Assembly: GCA_030066875.1 (NCBI GenBank)
Contig: JASJAS010000005.1
Location: 6,080-70,079 of the forward strand
DNA: 64,000 nucleotides
Source: Acidimicrobiia bacterium
GTDB lineage: Bacteria > Actinomycetota > Acidimicrobiia > Spongiisociales > UBA5794
Reading direction: 5' to 3'
Shown: one piece after another, positions 27,245-36,097 of the stretch
Numbering within the stretch: the first letter of the stretch is position 1
How the letters are laid out: the number at the start of each line of letters is the position of its first letter
The notes under the pieces: generated by a model
What the model was told of the DNA's origin: nothing
What the model saw: only the letters and a program-made list of their open reading frames with translations
Databases searched by the model: none
Translations under genes and position numbers: made by a program

Positions 27245-28030
27245 CTATTGGGTCGCCGTGAGCCCACCATCGATGGTGAGGATCTGCCCCGTGACGAACG
27301 ATGATGCGTCGGATGCGAACAGCAGTACCGGACCTAGCAAGTCCTTGGTTTCGCCGACCCGGCCTATCGGGATGCGGCTGACCACGCCAGCCTTGAAATC
27401 CGGATCGTCGAGCAGCATCGCTACCTGTGGCGTATCGACGAAAGTAGGTGCAATGGCGTTCACCGTGATTCCATACTTGGCCCACTCAGTGGCCCACTGT
27501 CGGGTGAGCGAACTAACCGCTCCCTTGGCGGCAACGTAGGCCGAATAGCCCGCATTGATACCTAGCTGAGCGCGTACCGACGAGATGTTGATCACCTTGC
27601 CGCCTTCGCCCTGCTTGACCATCTGTTTGACCGCAGCCTGGGTGGGCAGCAGCGTTGCGGTCAGGTTCAAGTCCATGATCCAGTTCCACTCTTGCTCGGG
27701 GTAGTCCTGGGCCTCAAACAACACCTTGCCTGCGCCGCCGCCGATGGCGTTGACGATGATGTCGAGCCGGCCGTAGTGGGCGACCGTCTCGGCTACGGCG
27801 CGCTCGGCTGCTTCCTTGTTCGTCAAGTCGGCGGCTATAGGAAGGGGTTGGGAGCCCGCTTCCCGCATGCGTTGGCACGTGCGATCCAAGCCATCCCCAT
27901 CTCGATCAACGACGGCAATCGAGGCGCCCGCCTCGCACATCCCGGCGGCGAGGGCGGATCCGATGCCGCCGCTCCCACCAGGAATGAAGGCGACCTTGCC
28001 CTCCAGGCTGAACATATCGATATTGCTCAT
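27245..28030 (-). CDS. Short-chain dehydrogenase/reductase (SDR)
   Basis: GGSGGIGSALA cofactor motif and YVAAKGAV catalytic YxxxK. RBS AGAGAGGGAA precedes the ATG at 28030. Confidence 0.85.
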   Translation of the reverse strand: MSNIDMFSLEGKVAFIPGGSGGIGSALAAGMCEAGASIAVVDRDGDGLDRTCQRMREAGSQPLPIAADLTNKEAAERAVAETVAHYGRLDIIVNAIGGGAGKVLFEAQDYPEQEWNWIMDLNLTATLLPTQAAVKQMVKQGEGGKVINISSVRAQLGINAGYSAYVAAKGAVSSLTRQWATEWAKYGITVNAIAPTFVDTPQVAMLLDDPDFKAGVVSRIPIGRVGETKDLLGPVLLFASDASSFVTGQILTIDGGLTATQ

Positions 28031-28071
28031 CGGTTCCCTCTCTTTAGTCACCTTCAGTTGTGGTGGCACCT

Positions 28072-29022
28072 CTACCTATGCGCCGCCAGGAACCCTTTGA
28101 CCGCGCTCTCGACATGGGGGGCAGAGATCCCGTATTTGTCGAGGAGCGCATCGTTTGGCCCGGACTCGCCGAAGACGTCCTGGAGCCCGTGTCGTTTCAT
28201 CGGCAGGGGTGAGTTCTCGGCAAGCGCCTCGGCGATCGCTCCACCAAGACCGCCGACGATCGTATGCTCCTCGCTGGTCATCACCAGGCCCGTCTTTTCG
28301 GCCGCAGCGACCACGGCATCGACGTCGAGCGGCTTGATCGTCGGCACGTGCACCAGATGGACATCGATCCCGTCTGCGGCGAGTTTCTCACTGGCCTCGA
28401 AGGCGCGGGCAGTCTGGGTACCGGTGGCAAACAACGTCAGGTCGCTTCCTTCGCGCACCGTGACCAGCTTGCCCAGCTCGAACTTGTAGTCCTCATCCAT
28501 AAGGATCGGCGTGTTGGGACGTGTCAGCCGGAAGTAGACCGGGCCTTCGTATTCGATGATTGCTTCGAGGGCGGTCCGAGTTTCCACTTCGTCGACCGGG
28601 GCGACAACGGTCATGTGCGCCATGGCCCGCATGATCGAAACGTCATCGAACATCAGGTGGGTCTTGCCCGTCATCCCTGCCAGCAGCCCGGCGTAGCCGC
28701 CCATCATCTTGACGTTGGCGTTGGGTTGGGCGATCAGCACCCGGATCGAGTCATGGGCCCGCGAGACGATGAAGCAGCTAAAGGTGCTGACGATGGGGAT
28801 CAAACCCAGCGTGGCCATGCCAGCCGCCATCCCCAGCATGTTCATTTCGGTGATGCCCATCTGGAAGAAGCGATCTGGGTAGGCCTTCTCGAAGATGTCG
28901 GTCCTTGTGGAGCTTCCGGTGTCACCATCGAGGACGACAATGCGATCGTTGGTAGCCGCCAATTCGGTGATCGTCTCGCCAAACGCAACCCGGAGCGCCT
29001 TGCCTGGTGCCAGCGTCGTCAT
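28072..29022 (-). CDS. Transketolase-like protein, C-terminal (pyrimidine-binding) subunit
   Basis: FQMGITEMNMLGMAAGMA motif. Its start overlaps the stop of the N-terminal subunit gene. Confidence 0.85.
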   Translation of the reverse strand: MTTLAPGKALRVAFGETITELAATNDRIVVLDGDTGSSTRTDIFEKAYPDRFFQMGITEMNMLGMAAGMATLGLIPIVSTFSCFIVSRAHDSIRVLIAQPNANVKMMGGYAGLLAGMTGKTHLMFDDVSIMRAMAHMTVVAPVDEVETRTALEAIIEYEGPVYFRLTRPNTPILMDEDYKFELGKLVTVREGSDLTLFATGTQTARAFEASEKLAADGIDVHLVHVPTIKPLDVDAVVAAAEKTGLVMTSEEHTIVGGLGGAIAEALAENSPLPMKRHGLQDVFGESGPNDALLDKYGISAPHVESAVKGFLAAHR

Positions 29023-29885
29023 TCTGCACCCCCTTCACCTAGTTCCTCCATCGCTTGGGCAAACTCCTCGTCGGTCGGCACCTTGCTGTGCCACTTGTAG
29101 TTGCCCTCCATGTACGAGACACCCTTGCCCTTGACGGTGTGTGCCACGATCGCCACAGGAACCCCGCTCACCTCTTTGGCCGCAGCGAGCGTGCTGAGAA
29201 TCTCGGGGATGTTGTGCCCATCCATCTCCATGGTGTGCCAGCCAAATGCACGCCAACGGTCGGCGAGTTGGGATTCGGTGTACGGCGTGATCCGCTCTTC
29301 AACCGATGAGCCCGTCCACCCGAACTGTTGGAGCTTGTTGTGGTCGATGATGGCAATGATGTTGTCGAGCTTGTAGCGGGCTGCGACGTGGGCACCCTCC
29401 CACACCACTCCCTCGTTGCACTCTCCGTCGCCAAGCATCACATAGGTGGTGAAGTCACGCCCGGCGGCACGGCCGCCCAGTGCGATCCCCAGCGCACCGG
29501 CGAAACCGAGACCCAGCGAACCCGATGACATATCGATTCCCGGGGTCACCGTCATGTCGGGATGACCCTGCAGGCGGGAGTCGATGGCGTCGAATGTGAG
29601 CAGCTCTTCGACCGGGAAGAAGCCGCGCAGCGCCAACATCGTGTACAGCGCAATCGAGCTATGACCTTTGGACAGGACAAATCGATCGCGGTCGGGCCAT
29701 TCGGGCTCCTCGGGGCGAACGTTCATTACCCCGAAGTACAGAGCAGCCAGCATCTCAGCCGCTGAGTAGGGACCACCGACGTGACCGCCGCCGGCATGCT
29801 TGACCGCCTCGAGGATGCGGACCCGGGCTTGCCGGGCGTACTCCGCCATGTCCTCCGGCGTGTATGTCATTGTTGCTTGGGTCAT
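29019..29885 (-). CDS. Transketolase-like protein, N-terminal (TPP-binding) subunit
   Basis: GGGHVGGPYSAAEMLAALY and GDGECNEG motifs. GAGGAGGA RBS precedes the ATG at 29885. Confidence 0.85.
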   Translation of the reverse strand: MTQATMTYTPEDMAEYARQARVRILEAVKHAGGGHVGGPYSAAEMLAALYFGVMNVRPEEPEWPDRDRFVLSKGHSSIALYTMLALRGFFPVEELLTFDAIDSRLQGHPDMTVTPGIDMSSGSLGLGFAGALGIALGGRAAGRDFTTYVMLGDGECNEGVVWEGAHVAARYKLDNIIAIIDHNKLQQFGWTGSSVEERITPYTESQLADRWRAFGWHTMEMDGHNIPEILSTLAAAKEVSGVPVAIVAHTVKGKGVSYMEGNYKWHSKVPTDEEFAQAMEELGEGGAE

Positions 29886-29910
29886 GAATGCTGTCCTCCT
29901 CGGATGAGCT

Positions 29911-30276
29911 CTAGTCCTCTTCGTACGAGCCCGGAACAACCGGGGGAGAGAACGACGTGACCATCGTCAGCGGCTCGTCACCGTCATTCACGGTTTGATG
30001 ATGAAGGCCGATCGGGATGTAGACCACCGTGCCCGGCTCGAGATCCACCGTGTTGAGAGGGGAGACGAGCTTGCCCGTGCCCGAGACGATGTAGATGACT
30101 TCCTCTTGGGTGGGATGGACATGACCTTCGGGGGCTGAACCGGCAGGGAACTCGGAGAAGCCGACGGTGATGTTCTTGGACCCGGTAACCGACGGTCCGA
30201 CGTAGTGAAGCCAGCTTCGACCCGGCAAGTCGAAGACCTCGGCCTTTTCCTTTTTGACGGCCTTGAGTGGTTCCAC
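29911..30276 (-). CDS. Cupin-domain protein
   Basis: GHVHPTQEEVIYIVSGTG..VVYIPIGLHH cupin motifs. The GTG at 30276 is preceded by AGGAGG. The ORF-track ATG at 30321 would lie inside operator site S6. Confidence 0.7.
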   Translation of the reverse strand: MEPLKAVKKEKAEVFDLPGRSWLHYVGPSVTGSKNITVGFSEFPAGSAPEGHVHPTQEEVIYIVSGTGKLVSPLNTVDLEPGTVVYIPIGLHHQTVNDGDEPLTMVTSFSPPVVPGSYEED

Positions 30277-30314
30277 GAAGCGCCTCCTTGGGCTCCACTG
30301 CTCATCAGCTGAAC

Positions 30315-30330
30315 AGATCATCGATTATCG
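30315..30330. promoter_or_regulatory. Operator-like site S6 (plus strand AGATCATCGATTATCG)
   Basis: Contains ATCGATTATCG. It lies 39 bp upstream of the minus-strand GTG at 30276 and just downstream of the minus-strand promoter candidate. Confidence 0.6.
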
Positions 30331-30337
30331 AGTATCT

Positions 30338-30367
30338 AGGATAGTTGGTGGTGGAGAGTGCGGTCAA
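30338..30367 (-). promoter_or_regulatory. Promoter candidate TTGACC-18-TATCCT (minus strand)
   Basis: Hexamers read on the reverse complement. The -10 lies 7 nt upstream of site S6. Confidence 0.35.
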
Positions 30368-30428
30368 GGTCGCGGATTCATTGAGGATTCTCTCTTTGCT
30401 GCCGAAGGTCCCGCGACCACATTTGGCG

Positions 30429-30941
30429 TCATTCGACATCGAGGGTCCTCAACATCTCATCCCAAATGACGGGGTCGGCCAGGCTGTGGAGCCGGGCAAC
30501 GGCGAACTCGATCTGCTTCATACAGGTGCCCTTCCACACGCCGGACTCGATGAATTCGTCGTGTTGGGTCGTGAGGTCGTAGTCGATCAGATCTGAGCAG
30601 TTGTTGCTTCCGAATTCGTCCTCGAACTCCGCCATCACCAACTGGACCAGACGGCGGGCCGTTCTCTTGGCCCTGCGATGGTCTGCGATGCGCCCGCCAG
30701 CGAGCTTGCCGACGGCAAGCGCCGCCCCTGAGATCGCACCGCATACTCCGCCGCTGTAGGCAACACCGCCATTGAGCACCATCGCCGCAGATGAGTCCGC
30801 GGCATCGGGAAGCCCGTAGAGCTCCTGGAGTGCAACCATTGCCGACTCGGCGCAGCCGTAGTTGTTGTCATCTCGCAAGAACAGGCTGCGGGCCAGCTCG
30901 ATGGCGGTTCTGGACTCGGGACTGTCGTCGGGGAATGTCAT
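30429..30941 (-). CDS. C_GCAxxG_C_C family protein (putative redox-active protein, function unknown)
   Basis: Ordered motifs NYGCAES, GGVCGAISGA, NCSD and GTCMK. GAAGGA RBS precedes the ATG at 30941. Confidence 0.65.
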   Translation of the reverse strand: MTFPDDSPESRTAIELARSLFLRDDNNYGCAESAMVALQELYGLPDAADSSAAMVLNGGVAYSGGVCGAISGAALAVGKLAGGRIADHRRAKRTARRLVQLVMAEFEDEFGSNNCSDLIDYDLTTQHDEFIESGVWKGTCMKQIEFAVARLHSLADPVIWDEMLRTLDVE

Positions 30942-31135
30942 GATCCTTCTTGCCGGCCAGGGGCTCGATCGCATCGTCGCCACGACCGCGGCACCCATCT
31001 TGGTTCTATCCCGCTCCCAAAGTGGATGCGATCGCATGCTGCACATGGCGGCGCTACCCACTCCGTCACCCGGGATGAGGGCTACCGATCCTCAAGTAGG
31101 GAGTCCCAGTGGCAGTGGCCCGTTCGCCCATATCT

Positions 31136-31176
31136 TCAAGAAAAACGGTGGCAGCGGTTTGCCCGCTGCCACCGTT
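31136..31176 (-). terminator. Rho-independent terminator after the solute-binding-protein gene
   Basis: On the minus strand, a 14-bp perfect stem (AACGGTGGCAGCGG / CCGCTGCCACCGTT) with a 5-nt loop, followed by TTTTTCTTG. Confidence 0.8.
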
Positions 31177-31196
31177 GATCGCTAGCTGTCTATGTC

Positions 31197-32624
31197 CTAC
31201 CACTCGCAGACGTTGTCGGCGTCACACTCGGCCTGAACACCGATCAACTCGATAATCTCGAGGGCACGATCACCGTCGAGCGGAATCGGGTCGCCAACGC
31301 TGCCGTCAGCGTTGAACGGGGTGTAGGCGCGGGCGACATCGTTGACGCCACCATCGCTGTATGTACCCGAACCGGTGACACCTTCGTAGTCGATGTCGTT
31401 GCCGGCCCTGATCTCTGCCAGGCACTCTGCATACGTGTAGCAAACGGTTCCCGGGGGCTCTCCAACGTCATTCATGGCCTGTGCCCATGCACTTGCGGCG
31501 TACGAGCCACCGTACTCGACGGCCAGTGCCGTCTGCACGAGCAGGTCGTACGTCGAGAAGTGATACAGGTCCGCTGCAGGGCCGAATTCGGCCTCATTCA
31601 CCGAGTCCCACAGCGGCTGGAAGAACTCCCAGGCGGGGGTGTCTTCGTTGGCTGCAAACGCGGCAAAGCCGATACCCTGCTGCGTGCCGACGACATCGCC
31701 GCCCAGAGTATCGATGAATTCAGGCTGGATCCAGCCGGTCTCACCGATCCAATTCAGCGAAAGGCCGGCCTCGGCGGCTGCCTTGATCAACGTTGCCGAC
31801 TCGACCGAACCGGCTTGAACGATGACCGCATCCGGATTGAGCTCGGCGATCCGCTGCGCCTCCGCCGTATATGACGGCTGCTCGGCCGGAACGTCGATGC
31901 GGGCTAGGAGCTCCAGCCCAATGGCCTCGGCGGCCTTCTCAGCCGCTCCGGACGCGAGCTGGAAGCCCTCGACCTGAGTAGCGAAGATCACCAGGGTCTC
32001 AGCGCCAATGTTCTCGGCATGCATCACGCCGGAAATGCCCAGACCCTCATCGAGGCCCTGTGCCCGGAACAGCGGCTCTGCAGCCGTGCCGCCCAGGTTG
32101 CCGGGAATCGATCCACCGTGGACCGTTGGACCGAGCGGCGAGTCGTTCTCCGCCCATTGCTCGATCATGAAGTCGCGATAGGTCCGATACCCGTGAGCAA
32201 TGCTCACAATGATCTCGGCGTTGTGCTGCTCGAGACACGTACGAGCTGCTTGAGCTTCGCCGGGCGTACCGAGGTCTTCACCGTAGTACTCCCAGGTCCT
32301 GCCCAGCGGCGGATCCAGGTTGATCACCTGCTCGATCGGGAACTTGACGTCTGCCGTCAGTGACGGTCCATACGCGGCGAATTCGCCCGTGAAGTACGCG
32401 AGCTCGCAGACCGCCACCGGTTCGGCGGCCGCCGGAGCAGCCGTCGTTTCTGCCGGGGCGGCAGTAGTTTCTGCCGGGGCTGCGGTTGTCTCTGCCGGGG
32501 CTGCGGTTGTCTCGGCCGGTTCGCCGCCGTCACCGGCGTCGTCGTCGCCACCGCATGCCGCTGCGATCAGCGCAAAGGCGAAGATCACGGCCAGTAGTGG
32601 TAGAAATGTCTTCAGTTTTCTCAT
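31197..32624 (-). CDS. ABC transporter substrate-binding lipoprotein (Leu/Ile/Val-binding-protein-type fold) with a repeat linker
   Basis: Signal peptide plus lipobox LIAAAC, then an acidic/PAETTAA x4 linker and a type-I periplasmic-binding-like body. It lies downstream of the Liv-type permease and ATPase genes. Confidence 0.8.
   Translation of the reverse strand: MRKLKTFLPLLAVIFAFALIAAACGGDDDAGDGGEPAETTAAPAETTAAPAETTAAPAETTAAPAAAEPVAVCELAYFTGEFAAYGPSLTADVKFPIEQVINLDPPLGRTWEYYGEDLGTPGEAQAARTCLEQHNAEIIVSIAHGYRTYRDFMIEQWAENDSPLGPTVHGGSIPGNLGGTAAEPLFRAQGLDEGLGISGVMHAENIGAETLVIFATQVEGFQLASGAAEKAAEAIGLELLARIDVPAEQPSYTAEAQRIAELNPDAVIVQAGSVESATLIKAAAEAGLSLNWIGETGWIQPEFIDTLGGDVVGTQQGIGFAAFAANEDTPAWEFFQPLWDSVNEAEFGPAADLYHFSTYDLLVQTALAVEYGGSYAASAWAQAMNDVGEPPGTVCYTYAECLAEIRAGNDIDYEGVTGSGTYSDGGVNDVARAYTPFNADGSVGDPIPLDGDRALEIIELIGVQAECDADNVCEW
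32436..32519 (-). repeat. 4 x 21-bp tandem repeat encoding (PAETTAA)4
   Basis: Read directly. The units differ at synonymous positions. Confidence 0.9.
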
Positions 32625-32667
32625 ATATCTCTCTCCCGTCGTGTCGCTTCCTTGCCGAAAATGGCTT

Positions 32668-33384
32668 CTAGATCCGGTAGCCCTCCTTGAGCTTCTCTGT
32701 GGTGAGCTCTGCGGCGTCCATCACCGCAAAGGCCTCACCAAGGCTCAGCACCATGACCCGGTCGGCGACCTCGAGCGCCTTGGTGGCGTTCTGCTCCGCC
32801 AGGATGATGCTGACACCTCTGGTCTGGTGGATTTCGTCGATCTTCTCGAAGAACATGTCGACATACAGCGGTGACAGCCCGGCCGTCGGTTCGTCGAGCA
32901 GCAGCAGCACGGGGTCCTGCATCAGGGCTCGCGCACACGCCACCATGCGCGATTCGCCGCCGGAGAGTGTTCCCGCCAGTTGACCCTGGAGGGCTTCGAG
33001 ATCTGGGAACAGATCGAATACCTCGCGCATCCGCTCATAAGCGGACCGCTCGCCGATCATGCCGCCGACGAGAAGATTCTCCAGGACCGTCAACTCGGGA
33101 AACACCCCGCGCTCCTGCGGGACATAGCCCATCCCGCGAGCTGCCGTCTCGAATGCCGGGATGTGGGTCACGTCCTCGCCCTGGAAGGTGATCGCACCCG
33201 CCGTGAGTGGAATGAGTCGCGCCAGTGTTCCTAGAAGCGTTGTCTTGCCGGCACCGTTGGCCCCCAGCACCGAGAACACCTCGTTGCCAACCTCCAGGTC
33301 GATGTCTTTGAGGACGTTGACGCCGTGATACCCGCTACGCAGGCCGCTGACCTCGAGCACGAGTGAGCCGTTTGTCTCAGACAT
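32668..33384 (-). CDS. ABC transporter ATP-binding protein (LivF-like)
   Basis: Walker A GANGAGKTT, signature LSGGE, Walker B LLLLDEP. Confidence 0.85.
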   Translation of the reverse strand: MSETNGSLVLEVSGLRSGYHGVNVLKDIDLEVGNEVFSVLGANGAGKTTLLGTLARLIPLTAGAITFQGEDVTHIPAFETAARGMGYVPQERGVFPELTVLENLLVGGMIGERSAYERMREVFDLFPDLEALQGQLAGTLSGGESRMVACARALMQDPVLLLLDEPTAGLSPLYVDMFFEKIDEIHQTRGVSIILAEQNATKALEVADRVMVLSLGEAFAVMDAAELTTEKLKEGYRI

Positions 33385-34171
33385 GCCCTTCTCCCAGGTA
33401 CTTCTCGATGACGGTCTTGTTTTCCCGAATCTCCGCGGGGCTGCCGTGCATCACAACGCTGCCTTCTGCCATGAAGTGCACATCATCGCTCAGATTCCAA
33501 ATTACGTTGAGATCGTGCTCGACGATGACCACCGAAGTCCCGGCAACAGCAAGGTCGCGAATGATCGCCATGACCTTCTCTGTTACGTCGTCTGGCAGAC
33601 CGGCAGTCGGCTCATCGAGCAGCAGGAACCTCGGCTCGAGCAACAAACAGCGGATGATGTCGAGTAGCTTCTTCTCCCCGGCGGAGCCGGCAAACCGATA
33701 GGGATCACCAAGCTCGAAATACTCCATGTACTCATGCACCCGCTCCACGGCTGCGTCGTAGACCTGGGTTTCGACGAAAAGGCGATGGGGTTGCTCGTAC
33801 TTGGCTTGAGCGATGGCAAGCAGCATCGAGTCGAGGATCGTGAGCTTGTCGAAGTCCATGATGACCTGGTTGCTCTTGACGAGACCGTGCGGAGCCATCC
33901 AGTGCGTTGGCAGATCGGAGATCACGACGTCGCCCCCGCCGTTGGCGTTGGACATGGTGATCGTGCCGCGGTCGAGCGGGGTGGAGTGCATGATCATCCG
34001 CATCAGCGTCGTCTTGCCTGCCCCGTTGGGCCCGATCAGGCCCTCGATGGCGTGATCGCCAAGGGTGAGCTCGTCGACGTCGACGACAACGCGCCCGCTG
34101 AAGCTCTTGACCGCGTTCTGGATGTGGATCTGGGGACGAATGATGGTCGCCACCGGCGTGTCATCAACCAT
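33377..34171 (-). CDS. ABC transporter ATP-binding protein (LivG-like)
   Basis: Walker A GPNGAGKTT, Walker B FLLLDEPTAGL, and a divergent signature GSAGEKK. Confidence 0.8.
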   Translation of the reverse strand: MVDDTPVATIIRPQIHIQNAVKSFSGRVVVDVDELTLGDHAIEGLIGPNGAGKTTLMRMIMHSTPLDRGTITMSNANGGGDVVISDLPTHWMAPHGLVKSNQVIMDFDKLTILDSMLLAIAQAKYEQPHRLFVETQVYDAAVERVHEYMEYFELGDPYRFAGSAGEKKLLDIIRCLLLEPRFLLLDEPTAGLPDDVTEKVMAIIRDLAVAGTSVVIVEHDLNVIWNLSDDVHFMAEGSVVMHGSPAEIRENKTVIEKYLGEGHV

Positions 34172-35111
34172 GGACCCTCCGCATCAGCTTGTCGCGACGC
34201 ATGTCGCCGAGGATCCCCAAAGGACGGAACAGCAGGACGACGATCAACAAAGCTCCAAAGACAATCTCCTTGATGTTTGGGATCGCCTGTCCGTACCACT
34301 CCTTGGGCAGCGGTAGATAGCTCTGCACGATGATGTCGAAGAAGCCAATAATGAGGAACCCACCTATGACGGCGCCCCAGGCGCGAGCGGTCCCGCCGAG
34401 AACCAGCGCGACCATTGCCGCCAAGGTGACGTCGATACCTAGATTCTCTGGGGCCAGGAATCGCTCCATCACTCCAAAGAGCGCACCAATCAGACCCATT
34501 CCGGCCGACCCGACTGCAAACAACCACAGCTTGGTGCGAAACGCTGGCTTGCCGAGGCTCTTGGCCAGCGGCTCATTGCCCCCGATGGCGATCAGCAGCC
34601 GACCGTAGGGGGTGCGGTGCACCCACCACACATACAGAAAGATCAGGGCGACCACGATGCTGACGATCACGAGCCAAAGGAACTCGTCCGCTTTGACCGT
34701 TCCCACGTCGTAGGGGAACTTGAGTCCGCCGAGACCAAGGGCGCCTCCGGTGAGGTCCTGTTCCGTCGTCGCCAGAATGAATACGGCGGTGGCAAAACCA
34801 AGCGTCCCGACGAGAACCCCATCCTCGTCGAGATCGGCGATGAGCCATCCAACGAGTAGACCGGACAGCCCGGCGACGAGGGTTCCGAACGCCAGCGAGA
34901 TGAGGAATGCCCACAGATCGCCGAACGGCCAGTCCACCTTGGTGAAGAGCACACCAAACGAGTACATCCCGATTCCGAAGAAGCCAACGACTCCGAAGTT
35001 GGCGATCCGGGTCAGCCCCAACTGCAGATGTAGCAACAACCCGAGCCCAACGATGACCACAACCGAAAAGAGCCCGGAGATGAGGAACGCGTCTAGCCAG
35101 TCGAGATTCAT
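34164..35111 (-). CDS. Branched-chain-amino-acid-type ABC permease (LivM-like)
   Basis: Polytopic membrane protein in the Liv gene order, overlapping its neighbours. Confidence 0.8.
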   Translation of the reverse strand: MNLDWLDAFLISGLFSVVVIVGLGLLLHLQLGLTRIANFGVVGFFGIGMYSFGVLFTKVDWPFGDLWAFLISLAFGTLVAGLSGLLVGWLIADLDEDGVLVGTLGFATAVFILATTEQDLTGGALGLGGLKFPYDVGTVKADEFLWLVIVSIVVALIFLYVWWVHRTPYGRLLIAIGGNEPLAKSLGKPAFRTKLWLFAVGSAGMGLIGALFGVMERFLAPENLGIDVTLAAMVALVLGGTARAWGAVIGGFLIIGFFDIIVQSYLPLPKEWYGQAIPNIKEIVFGALLIVVLLFRPLGILGDMRRDKLMRRVHG

Positions 35112-35113
35112 GG

Positions 35114-35989
35114 CTACACCTTCGCTGTCTCGATTGCGCGCTTGCTACGCCACTTCAGCAGCACGACGAATGCCACGATCAAGGCCAGTTGGGCGTACAG
35201 CACCTGACCAAATTGAAGTGTCATTGCAGCAAGGCCGATTCCGGTGAGGGCGCCGGTGATGATGACGCCGCCGAGTCCCTTCCTTCCGCCGACGACCACT
35301 ACCAGGAAGATGAAGAGGAACTGCCGCCAGCCCAGAAGCGGAGCCACTGCGGAGCTGACCCCGTAGAACGCCCCCGCCATCCCACCGGCCACACCGGCGA
35401 TAAACCAGATCAAGACCGTTACGAACAGCGGGCGAATGCCGCTGGCTTGCGCTAGGTCCTCATCGCTTGCCAGCGCCCTGATCTGCAGCCCAAAGCTCGA
35501 CCTCTGAATGAACAGGTAGAGGAGGAAGGAAAGCAGCGCAACGCTGGCCACGGCGAGGATGCGGAATGAACCGACGCCGACGCCTAGTACCCGAATGGTG
35601 TCTGGTGGCGGCACTTCGAAGAAACGCACCGGGTATCCGAAAACGAATTGGAGGCCGTGGCGGAGGACAATGGACAGGCCAAACGAGATGATGATCATCT
35701 CCAGCACACCCACGTTGAGCTTCTTGGCCGGACGGAAGATTGCGAAGTAGGTCCCGACGCTGATCAATCCTGCCATCAATCCGGCAGGGAGGAGGACCGT
35801 GTAGAAGTTCAGGTCGAAGGTCGTGTTGGTCCACATCCCGAAGTACGCACCCAGCGTGATGGTCTCGGAGTAGGCGACATTGATGAGACCGGTAAGGCGG
35901 TAGAGGAGCGCGAAGCCGATAGCGGCGAGGATGAGGGGTGCGTGTTCCGTGAGCCCAATGACGATTGAGTCGCTCAGGAAGTCGAGCAT
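35114..35989 (-). CDS. Branched-chain-amino-acid-type ABC permease (LivH-like)
   Basis: Polytopic membrane protein and first gene of the transporter unit. Confidence 0.8.
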   Translation of the reverse strand: MLDFLSDSIVIGLTEHAPLILAAIGFALLYRLTGLINVAYSETITLGAYFGMWTNTTFDLNFYTVLLPAGLMAGLISVGTYFAIFRPAKKLNVGVLEMIIISFGLSIVLRHGLQFVFGYPVRFFEVPPPDTIRVLGVGVGSFRILAVASVALLSFLLYLFIQRSSFGLQIRALASDEDLAQASGIRPLFVTVLIWFIAGVAGGMAGAFYGVSSAVAPLLGWRQFLFIFLVVVVGGRKGLGGVIITGALTGIGLAAMTLQFGQVLYAQLALIVAFVVLLKWRSKRAIETAKV

Positions 35990-36097
35990 CAGCTGTGGCC
36001 TCGATGCAGACTATCCGGGTTCTCGACACCGAGCAGAGTCCCTCTGATGGTACTCACACGTCCGTCCTTCCCGCAGGCGTAGCGTGACCCCTCTAAT

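Noticed and set aside
33377-34171. Divergent ABC signature (GSAGEKK instead of LSGGQ) in the LivG-like ATPase, considered as a possible degenerate or non-catalytic site.
   Set aside because: The Ser-x-Gly core, Walker A and Walker B, and the H-loop region (VIVEHD) are intact. This is within the normal variation of the LivG family, so it is not reported as a finding.
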